Source: an uncultured delta proteobacterium (lineage in GTDB: Bacteria > Desulfobacterota > Binatia > DP-6). Taken from it: 64,000 nt of DNA. Of this stretch, positions 19,124 through 28,802 are shown one piece after another. A program made the position numbers and the translations under genes. A model generated the notes under the pieces. It had not been told where the DNA came from, made no database searches, and saw only the letters and a list, made by a program, of their open reading frames with translations. The DNA is taken from positions 1,152,001 to 1,216,000 of the forward strand of contig CAWFFN010000009.1 in NCBI GenBank assembly GCA_963815115.1. Direction: 5' to 3'. Positions within the stretch are counted from its first letter, which is position 1. Every line of letters starts with the position of its first letter.

Positions 19124-19990
19124 TCAGGGAGCGGCCGGGGGACACGCCGTGGCGCAGTCCCTGAAGCCTTGCCGGCAGGCGGTGAGACCGGGCTTGGCGG
19201 CCTCGCGGGCGCTGTCGCGGCACTGGAAGGCCACGTCGAGCGCCTGCATGATGCAGGTCGGATCACCGTTGCAGAGCGCGACGGCGGCCTGCTTGTCGGC
19301 CCGGCACTGCGCCACCGCCTGATCGAGCGCGTCCTCGATGGGCTGCCGGCAGTCCTCGCGATCGGCGCGGCAGGCCTCGACGCAGTCGTGATCCTTGTTG
19401 CGGCAGCTGTCCTTGGCGAACTGGTAGTCCTCGCGGCACGTCGCGCCGCACGCGTGGTTGTCCTGGGCGGCGTCATGCCGGCACTGCTTCGTGTCGTCCA
19501 CCGGACCGGCGCCCTCGGGGCAGGCCTGCACGCACGGCCGGAAGCCCTGGACGCCCGAGTCCTCGTCGCCCTTGCGGCAGGCGTCGAGGGCGTCCTTGGT
19601 GCTCTTGCGCACCCCCACCCGGCAGTTGAATCCGTCGAGCTGGGCGTTGTCGATGCAGGTGTCCCGGGCGTCGGGATCGTCCGGGTAGATGGTCTTGCAG
19701 TTGCCGATCGCCGTACTCATGGTGGCGTTGCACGCCTTGATGGCGTCCGCGAAGCCGGTGGCGTCGACGCACTCCGCACGCAGCTCGCGGCAGGCCTCGA
19801 CGCAGCCGTGGTCCTTGTCGATGCAGGCGTCCTTCGCGACCTGGAAATCTTCTTTACAGTCGGCCTTGCACTCCTTGTAATTCCCCGCGGCTGCCCTGAT
19901 GCACTGGCCAACCTGGCCGGCCAGTGCGTTGGCGGCCAGCCCGGCGACGAGCGTCGCGCTCAGCGCCAGGCGAAGCAGTGTACGGCTCAT
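19124..19990 (-). CDS. secreted Cys-rich helical protein (28 Cys, two internal repeats)
   Basis: Signal peptide (ANALA), RBS GGAGG; repeat core C..KDH.CVEACR; paralog of 28803..29690. Confidence 0.8.
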   Translation of the reverse strand: MSRTLLRLALSATLVAGLAANALAGQVGQCIRAAAGNYKECKADCKEDFQVAKDACIDKDHGCVEACRELRAECVDATGFADAIKACNATMSTAIGNCKTIYPDDPDARDTCIDNAQLDGFNCRVGVRKSTKDALDACRKGDEDSGVQGFRPCVQACPEGAGPVDDTKQCRHDAAQDNHACGATCREDYQFAKDSCRNKDHDCVEACRADREDCRQPIEDALDQAVAQCRADKQAAVALCNGDPTCIMQALDVAFQCRDSAREAAKPGLTACRQGFRDCATACPPAAP

Positions 19991-20136
19991 GACGACCTCC
20001 CCCTTGTCTGATGATCCGTTGGTGGACGTTCACCGCATACCGTGACCCCCGCAGGCTGACAAGTGAAAATCACCGCCGCGCGGTGTCGTCGTGCACACCT
20101 TGCCGGCGGCCATGGCGGAAGCGTAGAACGCCGCGC

Positions 20137-21288
20137 ATGCGCCTCGAGCCGTTCCGTATCGCCGTGCCCGATGCCGTGCTCCGGGATCTCGGGGAGCGGC
20201 TGGCGCGCACGCGATTTCCCGACGAGATCGCGGATTCCGGCTGGACCTACGGGACGGATCTCGCATTCCTGCGCGACCTCGTGGCCCATTGGTACGAGCG
20301 CTACGACTGGCGCGCGGCCGAGGCTGCGCTGAACCGCTTCCCGCAGTTCCGCGCCGAGGTCGGCGGACTCGGCATCCACTTCATCCACGCGCGCGGCGCC
20401 GGTCCCCGGCCGTTCCCGCTCGTGATCACGCACGGCTGGCCGGGCTCGGTCGCCGAGTTCAGCAAGATCATCGGACCGCTCAGCGATCCGGCACGTCACG
20501 GCGGCGACCCGGCCGACGCCTTCGACGTGATCGCGCCGTCGATGCCGGGCTACGGCTTCTCCGATCACGCCCGCACCCCCGGCATGGACGCCGAGCGCAT
20601 CGCCGCGCTGTGGGCGGAGCTGATGCGCGGTCTGGGCTACGCGCGCTTCGGCGCCCAGGGCGGCGACTGGGGTGCGATGGTGAGCACGTACCTCGGTGCG
20701 AACCACGGAGACGCCGTCGCGGGAATCCACCTGAACATGGTGGTGGCGTTCCCGCCCGACCCGGCGAACCCGCTCGACGGCCTGAACCAGGACGAGGTCG
20801 TCGACATGATCCCGATGCAGGACTGGCTGCGCGAGGAGACCGGCTACCAGCGCATCCAGGGCACCAAGCCGCAGACGCTGGGCTACGCGCTGAACGACTC
20901 CCCCGCCGGGCTGTGCGCCTGGATCGTCGAGAAGTTCCGCACCTGGAGCGACTGCGACGGCGACGTCGAGCGGCGTTTCACGAAGGACGAGCTGCTCACC
21001 AACGTGATGCTCTACTGGGTCACGCAGACGGCGACGTCCTCGGCGCGCCTGTACTACGAGATGATGCACGCTGGGAAGTTCCCGCCGCAGTCCTTCCGGG
21101 TGAACGTTCCGACCGGGTGCGCGATCTTCCCGAAGGAGATCCTGAAGCCGCCTCGGGCGTGGGTCGAGCGCCTCTACAACGTGACGCGCTGGACGCGCTT
21201 CGAGCGCGGCGGGCACTTCGCCGCCATGGAGGAGCCGGCGGCGCTGGTCGACGACATCCGCGCCTTCTTCCGGCCGCTGCGCGGCTGA
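20137..21288 (+). CDS. epoxide hydrolase (microsomal type)
   Basis: HGWPGS, QGGDWG, LNDSPAGL, GGHFAAME. Confidence 0.95.
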   Translation: MRLEPFRIAVPDAVLRDLGERLARTRFPDEIADSGWTYGTDLAFLRDLVAHWYERYDWRAAEAALNRFPQFRAEVGGLGIHFIHARGAGPRPFPLVITHGWPGSVAEFSKIIGPLSDPARHGGDPADAFDVIAPSMPGYGFSDHARTPGMDAERIAALWAELMRGLGYARFGAQGGDWGAMVSTYLGANHGDAVAGIHLNMVVAFPPDPANPLDGLNQDEVVDMIPMQDWLREETGYQRIQGTKPQTLGYALNDSPAGLCAWIVEKFRTWSDCDGDVERRFTKDELLTNVMLYWVTQTATSSARLYYEMMHAGKFPPQSFRVNVPTGCAIFPKEILKPPRAWVERLYNVTRWTRFERGGHFAAMEEPAALVDDIRAFFRPLRG

Positions 21289-21295
21289 GTCGTCC

Positions 21296-22594
21296 GTGCC
21301 GCGCTTCGCCCGCCACGCGGTCTGCTCGCCGCTCACCCTGGCGTCGGAGATCGGGCTCGAGGTCCTGCGCGACGGCGGGAACGCCGCCGATTCGGCGATC
21401 GCCACCAACCTCGCGCTCGCGGTCGCCTATCCGCACATGTGCGGCGTGGGCGGCGATCTGCTCGCCATGGTCTGGGTCGACGGCGAGCTCGCCGGCCTCA
21501 ACTCGAGCGGGCGCCTGCCGGCCGCGACGCCGCCGCTCGCGGGCGACGTTCCACTCCGCGGGGTGGGCTCGGCGACGGTCCCCGGCGCGCCGGCCGGCTG
21601 GACCGCGCTCGCGCAGCGCTTCGCGACGCGCTCGCTGAACGACCTGGCGCAGCCGGCGATCCGGCTGGCACGCGACGGGGTCGCGCGCTCTCCCGGGCTG
21701 ACGCGGCTGACGGCGTGGTCCTCCGCCCTGCTCCGCAACGACCCGGAGGCGAGCCGCATCTTCCTGGCCGACGGGGTGCTCCGGCAGCCCGAGCTGGCGA
21801 AAACGCTCGCGGCGCTCGACGACTTCTACCAGGGTCCCGTGGCGCGCGCCGCCCCGGCGCCGTTCTCGGCGGCGGACTTCGCGTCGCACCAGGCCGAGTG
21901 GGTGGCCCCCCTGCGCGCGCCCTTCGCCGGCACCGAGGTGTGCGAGATGCCGCCCAACAGCCGCGGTCACCTGGTGCTGGACGCCATCCGACGCCTGGAG
22001 CCGCTCGACGGCCTCGGCGCCGACGATCCCGAGCTGCACGCCCGCCTCGTCCGCGCGCTGTGCGCGGCCGTGTTCGGCGGCGACACCATCTACCTCTGCG
22101 TCGTCGACGGGGACGGCATGGCCGTGAGCCTGAACCAGAGCCTGTTCATGGCGTTCGGCAGCGGGGTGGTCGTCCCCGGCACCGGCGTCCTGCTCCACAA
22201 CCGCGGCGCGTATCACACGGCCGCGACCTACCGCCCGGGCGCGCGCCCGATTCACACGCTGTCTCCGGCGATGGCGCTGGCGGAGGGGCGGCCGCGGCTC
22301 GTGTTCGGGACCATGGGCGGCGACGCGCAGGTGCAGATCCACCTGCAGCTCCTGGCGCGCATCCTCGTCGCCGGCCAGCCGGTGGACGACGCCCTCGCCG
22401 CGCCGCGCTGGACGTTCGACCGGACGACGCTGCTGGTCGAGGACGGCCTCGTCCTCGATCCGCCGCCCGGCATGACCGCGGATCGCCTCGCGGTGCCGGA
22501 GCTCGCCGGGCACGCCCACGCGATCCGCGTGCTCCCCGGCGGCCTCGAAGCGGGGTGCGACCCGCGCTCCGACGGCGTGGCCGTCGGTGACTAG
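21296..22594 (+). CDS. gamma-glutamyltransferase family protein
   Basis: GGNAAD, PHMCGVGGD, GDTIYLCVVD (autocatalytic Thr), HTLSP, GTMGG. Confidence 0.9.
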   Translation: MPRFARHAVCSPLTLASEIGLEVLRDGGNAADSAIATNLALAVAYPHMCGVGGDLLAMVWVDGELAGLNSSGRLPAATPPLAGDVPLRGVGSATVPGAPAGWTALAQRFATRSLNDLAQPAIRLARDGVARSPGLTRLTAWSSALLRNDPEASRIFLADGVLRQPELAKTLAALDDFYQGPVARAAPAPFSAADFASHQAEWVAPLRAPFAGTEVCEMPPNSRGHLVLDAIRRLEPLDGLGADDPELHARLVRALCAAVFGGDTIYLCVVDGDGMAVSLNQSLFMAFGSGVVVPGTGVLLHNRGAYHTAATYRPGARPIHTLSPAMALAEGRPRLVFGTMGGDAQVQIHLQLLARILVAGQPVDDALAAPRWTFDRTTLLVEDGLVLDPPPGMTADRLAVPELAGHAHAIRVLPGGLEAGCDPRSDGVAVGD

Positions 22595-22730
22595 GCGAGC
22601 GACCCGAGACTTCGTCTCGGGCCGGGACGGAGGGCGAGAATGAGACTTCATGAACGGTGCGGACGTCGTGCCGCGGCCGGCGTAGCCGGCGCGGCAAACG
22701 TTCCGAAGTGCGCTGGAGCTGAGAACCGCC
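22591..22730. repeat. left-half copy of the 304-bp element
   Basis: CTAGGCGAGCGACCCGAGACTTCGTCTCGGG...GTGCCGCGGCCGGCGTAGCCGGCGCGGCAAACGTTCCG; similarity ends near GAGCTGAGAAC. Confidence 0.75.
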
Positions 22731-22787
22731 GCGGCTTCGCGCTTCGCAGGTTGACTCGACTCCCGGGGCCGCGGAAGCTCGCCCGCC

Positions 22788-23735
22788 ATGGCGACGCATC
22801 CGATCCGATTCGGCATCCAGACCGGACAGCAGACCGTGGAGTGGCCCCAGATGCTCGACCTGTGGCGCAAGGCCGACGCCTGGGGATTCGACTCGCTCTG
22901 GAACTTCGATCACTTCTACGCCATCTTCGTGCCGCCGGAGCAGCCCTGTCTCGAGGGCTGGACGACGCTCGCCGCGCTGGCGCAGGCGACGACCCGCGCG
23001 CGGGTGGGGACGCTGGTCAGCGGCAACACCTACCGCCATCCGTGCGTGACGGCGAAGATGGCGGCCACGGTCGACCACATCAGCGGCGGTCGCCTGAACC
23101 TCGGCATCGGCGCGGGCTGGTTCGAGCTCGAGCACCGGAGCTTCGGTATCGACTTCAAGACCGTGCCCGCGCGCCTGGCGGCGCTCGACGAGGCATGCCG
23201 GATCATCCGCGGGATGCTCACCGACGAGCGCACGACGGTCGAGGGGAAGCACTACACCGTGCGCGAGGCGATGGGGAATCCCAAGCCGCTCCAGCGGCCC
23301 CACCCGCCGATCCTCATCGGCGGCACGGGCGAGCGCGTGCTGCTCAAGCTGGTCGCCCGGCATGCCGACATGTGGAACGCCAGCGCGAGCGCCCCGCGCA
23401 TGCGCGAGCTCATCGACCTCATCCAGCGGCACGGCGACACGGTCGGCCGCGACGCCGATCGGATCGAGAAGACGGTGATGATGCCGCTCTGCTATCGTGC
23501 CCCCGCGGAGCGGCAGCAGTTCATGTGCCAGCTGATCGGCTCGATGCGGCAGACGACGCCGGAGGAAGCGCGCGGACAGATCATGATCGGCGACAAGCAG
23601 GAGTGCCTCGATTGCGTCGAGCGCTACGTCTCGGCGGGCGTGACCCACTTCATCTTCATGATCTTCGCACCCTACATGCTGGACGAGATCCAGGCCTTCG
23701 CCGAGGAGGTCATCCCCGCGGTGCGGGCGGCCTGA
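22788..23735 (+). CDS. LLM class (probably F420-dependent) oxidoreductase
   Basis: DSLWNFDHF, EGWTTLAALA, AKMAATVDHISGGR, PKPLQRPHPPILIGG.GE. Confidence 0.9.
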   Translation: MATHPIRFGIQTGQQTVEWPQMLDLWRKADAWGFDSLWNFDHFYAIFVPPEQPCLEGWTTLAALAQATTRARVGTLVSGNTYRHPCVTAKMAATVDHISGGRLNLGIGAGWFELEHRSFGIDFKTVPARLAALDEACRIIRGMLTDERTTVEGKHYTVREAMGNPKPLQRPHPPILIGGTGERVLLKLVARHADMWNASASAPRMRELIDLIQRHGDTVGRDADRIEKTVMMPLCYRAPAERQQFMCQLIGSMRQTTPEEARGQIMIGDKQECLDCVERYVSAGVTHFIFMIFAPYMLDEIQAFAEEVIPAVRAA

Positions 23736-23776
23736 CCGGCCGACGCGGCGCGCGTTGCCCGGGCGAGCCACCTCGG

Positions 23777-24080
23777 CTAGGAAAGCGACCCGAGACTCCG
23801 TCTCGGGTCGAGACGGAGGGCGAGGATGGACTGCATGAACAATGCGAACGTCGTGCCGCGGCCGGCGTAGCCGGCGCGGCAAAGGTTCCGGAGTGCGACT
23901 CTGGAGCTGAGAACGGCATGCGTGTGGGCCGGCCAGCACGGATTGGGACGGAGCCTTGGGCATGCCACGGTTTGCCGCGCCGGCTTTGCCGGCCGCGGCA
24001 CGGCGTCCGCTCGATTCGCCGAACGCCACACGCTCGCCTCCGCTTTCGACCCGAGACGAAGTCTCGGGTCGACCTCCTAG
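23777..24080. mobile_element. 304-bp MITE/REPIN-like element, second full copy
   Basis: Same length, CTAG ends and four hairpins as 9570-9873; spacer sequences diverged. Confidence 0.8.
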
Positions 24081-24089
24081 GCGGGGTCC

Positions 24090-25323
24090 GTGCGAATCCG
24101 CCCGTGGCTCTCCCGTGCCGCCCTGGCGTGCGTCTGGCTCGGCGTTCCGCTGCTGGCGATCGAGCTCTTCGCCCCGCGGGTCGTCCAGCGGAGCGACTGC
24201 GGCCCGGAGCAGGCCCCGCTCTGGCGACCCGACGCGACCGTCGGCTGGGCCCTCATACCCAACGCCGAGCGCGACGCCGCGGTCTGCGACGGCAGCCGTC
24301 AGATCGCCCGACACCGGGTACTGATCAACGCCGCGGGATATCGCGACCGCGATCGCACCTACGTGCCGGACGGGCGCGCGCCGCGCGTCGTCGTCCTGGG
24401 AGACTCGTTCACCGAGGCGCTCCAGGTCGCGCTCCCCGAGACGTTCACGCAACGCCTGGAGGCGACGCTCGGCGTCGACGTCATGAACCTCGGCGTCTCC
24501 GGCTACTCGACCGACAACGAGCTGCGGCTCTTTCGCGCCAGGGCGGCGGGCTACCAGCCGGACGTCGTGCTGCTCCTCTTCTTCGTCGGCAACGACGTGC
24601 TGGAGAATGGCGCCATGCTCTACCTGAAAAACCCGCACGGCCTGCCACCGAAACCCTGGCTCGACACTTCCGGTGCCTCGCCGGACCTGGCACGGTGCCT
24701 GGCCGTCGACCGGGCAGCGGCCAACGTCGCCGATCGGACCCCCACGGCGCTGTGGGAGTCTTCGCGCGTCGTGCGTTTCGGGCTCGCGACGGGGGTCGAT
24801 TGGGCGCTCGGCCGCCTGTGCGAGACGGCGACCGGCCCGTCGCTCGACCCCGGCGTGCCCGAGCTGCTCGGCGTCTACGGGCCGCCCGCCACGCCAGCCT
24901 GGGAGGAGGGGTGGACGAACACCGAGGCGTTGCTGCTCGAGCTGCGGGACGCAGTGCATGGCGCGGGCGCCACGCTCGCCGTCGCGCTGGCGCCGGCGGG
25001 GTACGAGTATGCGCCGGAGATGCGCCGACTCGAAGGGCTCCTGTCCCCGTCTCGCAGGGGTGCCCTCGACTACGCGTATCCGTACAAGCGGCTGGGCGCG
25101 CTCCTCGATGCGGCCCAGGTGCCATGGCTCTCGCTGGAGCCGGTGCTGCGTGCGCACTACGCCACGACGGGGCGCTCCGGGTGCTACGCGTGGGACGGGC
25201 ACTGGAATCCGGAGGGGCACGCGATCGTGGCGGCCGCGCTGGAGCCGTTCCTCCGATCGCTCATGCGCACGCCCGCCACCGGCGACGAGCGCGGCCGCGG
25301 GTTGACAGCTCGCCGCTACCTGA
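24090..25323 (+). CDS. SGNH/GDSL hydrolase (AlgX/AlgJ-like); true stop uncertain
   Basis: VLGDSFTE, NLGVSGY, GND, DGHWN; the ORF track reads through into the SxtJ-like gene, probably an artefact. Confidence 0.8.
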
Positions 25324-25338
25324 GGAGATCCTCTCGGC

Positions 25339-25506
25339 GTGCCACGTCCTCCTCAGCCGTCGATCGTCCGGGAGCTCTGGGACTTCTTGCGGGTGCGCAA
25401 GAAGTGGTGGCTCGGACCCATCGTGCTCGTCCTGGTGCTGTTCGGTGCGCTCGTCGTGCTCACCCAGGGCTCCGCGGTCGCGCCGTTCATCTACACGATC
25501 TTCTGA
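25339..25506 (+). CDS. DUF5989 (SxtK-like) small membrane protein
   Basis: Not in ORF track: VPRPPQPSIVRELWDFLRVRKKWWLGPIVLVLVLFGALVVLTQGSAVAPFIYTIF; RBS GAGGAG at 25322. Confidence 0.85.
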   Translation: MPRPPQPSIVRELWDFLRVRKKWWLGPIVLVLVLFGALVVLTQGSAVAPFIYTIF

Positions 25507-25919
25507 TGACCCCGTCGCCGGCATCGCCCGCGCGCGACGCGCGCGAGCTGCGTCGGTTCGGCCTCACGGTCGGGGGAATGTTCCTGCTCCTCGGGCTGGT
25601 GAGCCGCTGGCGCGGACATACCGTGCCCCCCCTCGTCCTCGGGGCGGCGGGAGTCCTGCTGGTGGTGCCGGGCTTGCTGACCCCTCGGCTCCTCGCGCCC
25701 GTCGAACGCGGCTGGATGCGTTTCGCCGCGGTGATGGGACACGTGAACACGCGGATCATCCTGACCGTGCTCTACTACCTCGTGATCACTCCCGTCGGGT
25801 TCGTCCGCCGGTGGATGGGAGACCCGCTCGACCGCGCCATGCGCGACGGACGGCCTTCGGTGTGGGTACGGCGGCCTCCGGGAGCCACCGATCCGGCCCG
25901 ATACCGGCAGCAGTTCTGA
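25506..25919 (+). CDS. SxtJ family membrane protein
   Basis: ELRRFGL, WM.FA...G.VNTRIILTVLYYLVITP.G, C-terminal YRQQF. Confidence 0.85.
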   Translation: MTPSPASPARDARELRRFGLTVGGMFLLLGLVSRWRGHTVPPLVLGAAGVLLVVPGLLTPRLLAPVERGWMRFAAVMGHVNTRIILTVLYYLVITPVGFVRRWMGDPLDRAMRDGRPSVWVRRPPGATDPARYRQQF

Positions 25920-27745
25920 TGGCCCGCATCCTGGGCGTCTCCGCCTTCTACCACGACTCGGCGGCCTGCCTCGTGCGCGACGGCGAGATCGTCGCCGCGG
26001 CGCAGGAGGAGCGCTTCACCCGCAAGAAGCACGACGCCGGATTCCCGCGCCACGCCGTCGCGTACTGCCTCGAGGCGGCCGGACTCACGCGTCGCCGATC
26101 TCGACTACGTCGGCTTCTACGACAAGCCCCTGCTCAAGTTCGAGCGCCTGCTCGAGCAGTATCTCGGCGTGGCGCCTCGCGGGCTGGCGCAGTTCATCAC
26201 GGCGATGCCGGTGTGGCTGCGCGACAAGCTCTTCACCCGGCGGCTGATCCTGAGCGAGCTGGAGGGATTCGAAGGCGAGGTCCTCTTCACGCGAGCACCA
26301 CGAGTCGCACGCCGCGAGCGCGTTCTTCCCGTCTCCGTTCGAGGAGGCGGCCGTGCTCACGATGGACGGGGTCGGCGAGTGGGCGACCTCCTCGTACGGC
26401 GTCGGGAGCGGCAAGGACCTGCGCCTGCTCGCCGAGCTGCACTACCCGCACTCGCTCGGCCTGCTCTACTCGGCGTTCACCTACTACACCGGCTTCAAGG
26501 TCAACTCCGGCGAGTACAAGGTGATGGGCCTCGCGCCCTACGGAGAGCCGCGCTACGCCGAGCGCATCCTCGATCGCCTGGTCGAGCTGCGCGACGACGG
26601 GTCGTTCAAGCTCGACATGCGCTACTTCGACTACCTGCGCGGGCTCACCATGACCAACGGCGCCTTCGACGAGCTGTTCGGCGGGCCGCCGCGGCGGCCC
26701 GAGTCGCCACTCACCCAGCGCGAGATGGACCTCGCCGCCTCGGTGCAGCAGGTGACCGAGGAGATCATGCTGCGGATGGCGCGCCACGTGCACCGCGAGA
26801 CCGGCATGAAGAACCTCTGCCTCGCCGGCGGCGTCGCGCTCAACTGCGTCGGCAACGGGCGCCTGCTGCGCGAAGGGCCCTTCGAGCGCCTGTGGATCCA
26901 GCCCGCCGCCGGCGACGCCGGCGGCGCCGTCGGCGTCGCGCTCGCCGTTCACCACATCGTGCTGGGCGGTGACCGTCGCGTGCCGTCCGAGGGTGACGCG
27001 ATGCACGGCTCGTACCTGGGTCCCGCCTTCACCGACGATGCCATCGAAGACGTGCTGCGCTCCGTCGGCGCGGTCTACGAGCGCCTGCCCGAGCCCGCGC
27101 TCCTCGACCGCACGGCCGCTCTGCTGGCGGACGAGCGGGTCGTCGGCTGGTTCCAGGGTCGGATGGAGTTCGGCCCGCGGGCGCTCGGCGCGCGCAGCAT
27201 CCTGGGCGATCCGCGCTCGCCCCGCATGCAGTCGGTGATGAACCTGAAGATCAAGTTCCGCGAGAGCTTCCGGCCCTTCGCCCCGAGCATCCTGCGCGAG
27301 CACGTGGCGCAGTGGTTCGACCTCGACGTCGACTCTCCCTACATGCTCCTGGTCGCCCCGGTGCGAGAGGACGCACCGCATCCCGATGACTGCCGAGCAG
27401 GAGCGGCTCTTCGGCATCGAGAAGCTGAACGTGCCGCGCTCGACGATCCCCGCCGTCACGCACGTCGACTACTCGGCGCGCATCCAGACGGTGCACCGCG
27501 AGACCAATCCGCTCTACCACGCGCTGCTCGAGCGCTTTCACGCGCTCACCGGCTGCCCGCTCCTGGTCAACACCAGCTTCAACGTGCGCGGCGAGCCCAT
27601 CGTGTGCGCGCCCGAGGACGCGTGGCGCTGCTTCATGCGGACCGAGATGGATCATCTGGTGATGGGATCGTACGTCCTCGACAAGGCGAAGCAGGCGCCG
27701 CTCGCCGACGACGGCTCGTGGCGGCGGCAGTACGATCTCGACTGA
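25919..27745 (+). CDS. carbamoyltransferase (NodU/CmcH/SxtI-like) with three apparent frameshifts (~26090, ~26290, ~27375)
   Basis: ILGVSAFYHDSAACL, QEERFTRKKHD, EHHESHAAS, EYKVMGLAPYG, EFGPRALG.RS, FRESFRPFAP, NTSFNVRGEPIV across frames. Confidence 0.9.
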
Positions 27746-27763
27746 GACGGCGCGAGCGGATCG

Positions 27764-28165
27764 TCACCGTCCCGGCGCCTGTCGTCTTCGCCGACGCTCG
27801 GAGACGCGGATCCGGCCGCCGCGGCGGAAGGCGCTGGGCGTAAGGCCCGTCCAGCGCTGGAAGGCGCGCGTGAAATGCGCGGCGTCGGAGTAGCCGAGCA
27901 GGAGCGCGACGTCGCGGATCTTCCGATCCGGGTCGCTCAGCATCTTCCGGGCCGCTTCGAAGCGCATCTGCTGGACGACACGCGCGTAGGTCAGGCCGGC
28001 TCGATGCAGTCGGCGCTGGAGCGTGCGGGCGCTCGTCCGAACCGAGTCGGCGACGCGGTGAACGTCGAGAGGACCGCTCGTGAGCAGCCCGCCGACGACC
28101 TGCCGCACGCGACGATGGAAGTCGCCGGCGGCGGCGTCACCCGGTGGTGGATCTGCACGTCCCAT
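27764..28165 (-). CDS. short (HTH-only) AraC family transcriptional regulator
   Basis: SARTLQRRL...G.TY, DVALLLGYSDAAHFTRAFQRWTGLTPSAFR; no recognisable N-terminal ligand domain. Confidence 0.8.
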   Translation of the reverse strand: MGRADPPPGDAAAGDFHRRVRQVVGGLLTSGPLDVHRVADSVRTSARTLQRRLHRAGLTYARVVQQMRFEAARKMLSDPDRKIRDVALLLGYSDAAHFTRAFQRWTGLTPSAFRRGGRIRVSERRRRRQAPGR

Positions 28166-28225
28166 CTGGCTACGCTGCGGGGGCCCCCCTGGCCCCGAGT
28201 GGATCGTGCACCTCTCCGGCGTCGC

Positions 28226-28245
28226 TGTCTTGCCATTCCGTGCCG
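28226..28245 (-). promoter_or_regulatory. 20-bp motif site 1 (CGGCA-CGGA-ATGGCAAGACA), pointing at the AraC gene
   Basis: Reverse complement of tgtcttgccattccgtgccg; matches four other intergenic sites. Confidence 0.65.
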
Positions 28246-28293
28246 CGCCCAACGCCTGGCGCGGGTCGCGGGCCCTGACGCCGTTGCCGTCAT

Positions 28294-28313
28294 TGGCGGA
28301 AAATGGCAAGACG
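28294..28313 (+). promoter_or_regulatory. 20-bp motif site 2 (TGGCG-GAAA-ATGGCAAGACG)
   Basis: Exact 11-mer core shared with 41092, 53225 and 62851; GCTAT 15 nt downstream. Confidence 0.7.
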
Positions 28314-28408
28314 TCTCGCCTTGCGGCGGCTATGGGTGCGGGGCGCATGACGCGCTGCCACCGGACCGCCAGGAGCACCACGCTGGACGTCCGGGCAGGA
28401 GGCGAGAG

Positions 28409-28774
28409 ATGACGAAGGCGAGGACGTTCCTTGCGCTCTGCACCGCAGCGGGAATCGCGACGGCGTGCGCGACCCAGAAGCAGGTCCTCGACACCAGACA
28501 GGACGGCGCCGTCCAGACGGCTCTCCAGCGCGGCCGGTTCGATCTGAACTGTCCGGCAGCCACCGCCACCGTGCTGTCGCGGGACTACATCCAGCCCGCC
28601 ATCCAGGGTCCGTGGGTGAGCGGCCTGCAGCGGGTCGAGTACACGGTCGGCGTCGCCGGCTGCAACCAGCGCACGACGTACGTCGTCATGTGCCAGGTCG
28701 GCACCCAGACCTGCTTTGCAGCGAATCCCGAGGGTCGCTTCCAATCCAATTCAGAGGGTCGCTTCCAGCGATAG
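28409..28774 (+). CDS. hypothetical lipoprotein
   Basis: RBS AGGAGG; lipobox-like ATAC; RGRFDLNCP...GVAGCNQR..Y.V.C. Confidence 0.75.
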   Translation: MTKARTFLALCTAAGIATACATQKQVLDTRQDGAVQTALQRGRFDLNCPAATATVLSRDYIQPAIQGPWVSGLQRVEYTVGVAGCNQRTTYVVMCQVGTQTCFAANPEGRFQSNSEGRFQR

Positions 28775-28802
28775 CGGGCGGCGATCGGGCCGGGGAACCG
28801 CC

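Noticed and set aside
19124-19990. Multiheme cytochrome or RiPP precursor
   Set aside because: No CxxCH motifs, no adjacent modifying enzymes; Sec signal and regular Cys spacing fit disulfides or metal binding.
25339-27745. Saxitoxin biosynthesis
   Set aside because: Only the widespread sxtI/J/K-like trio is present; no core sxt genes in the window.
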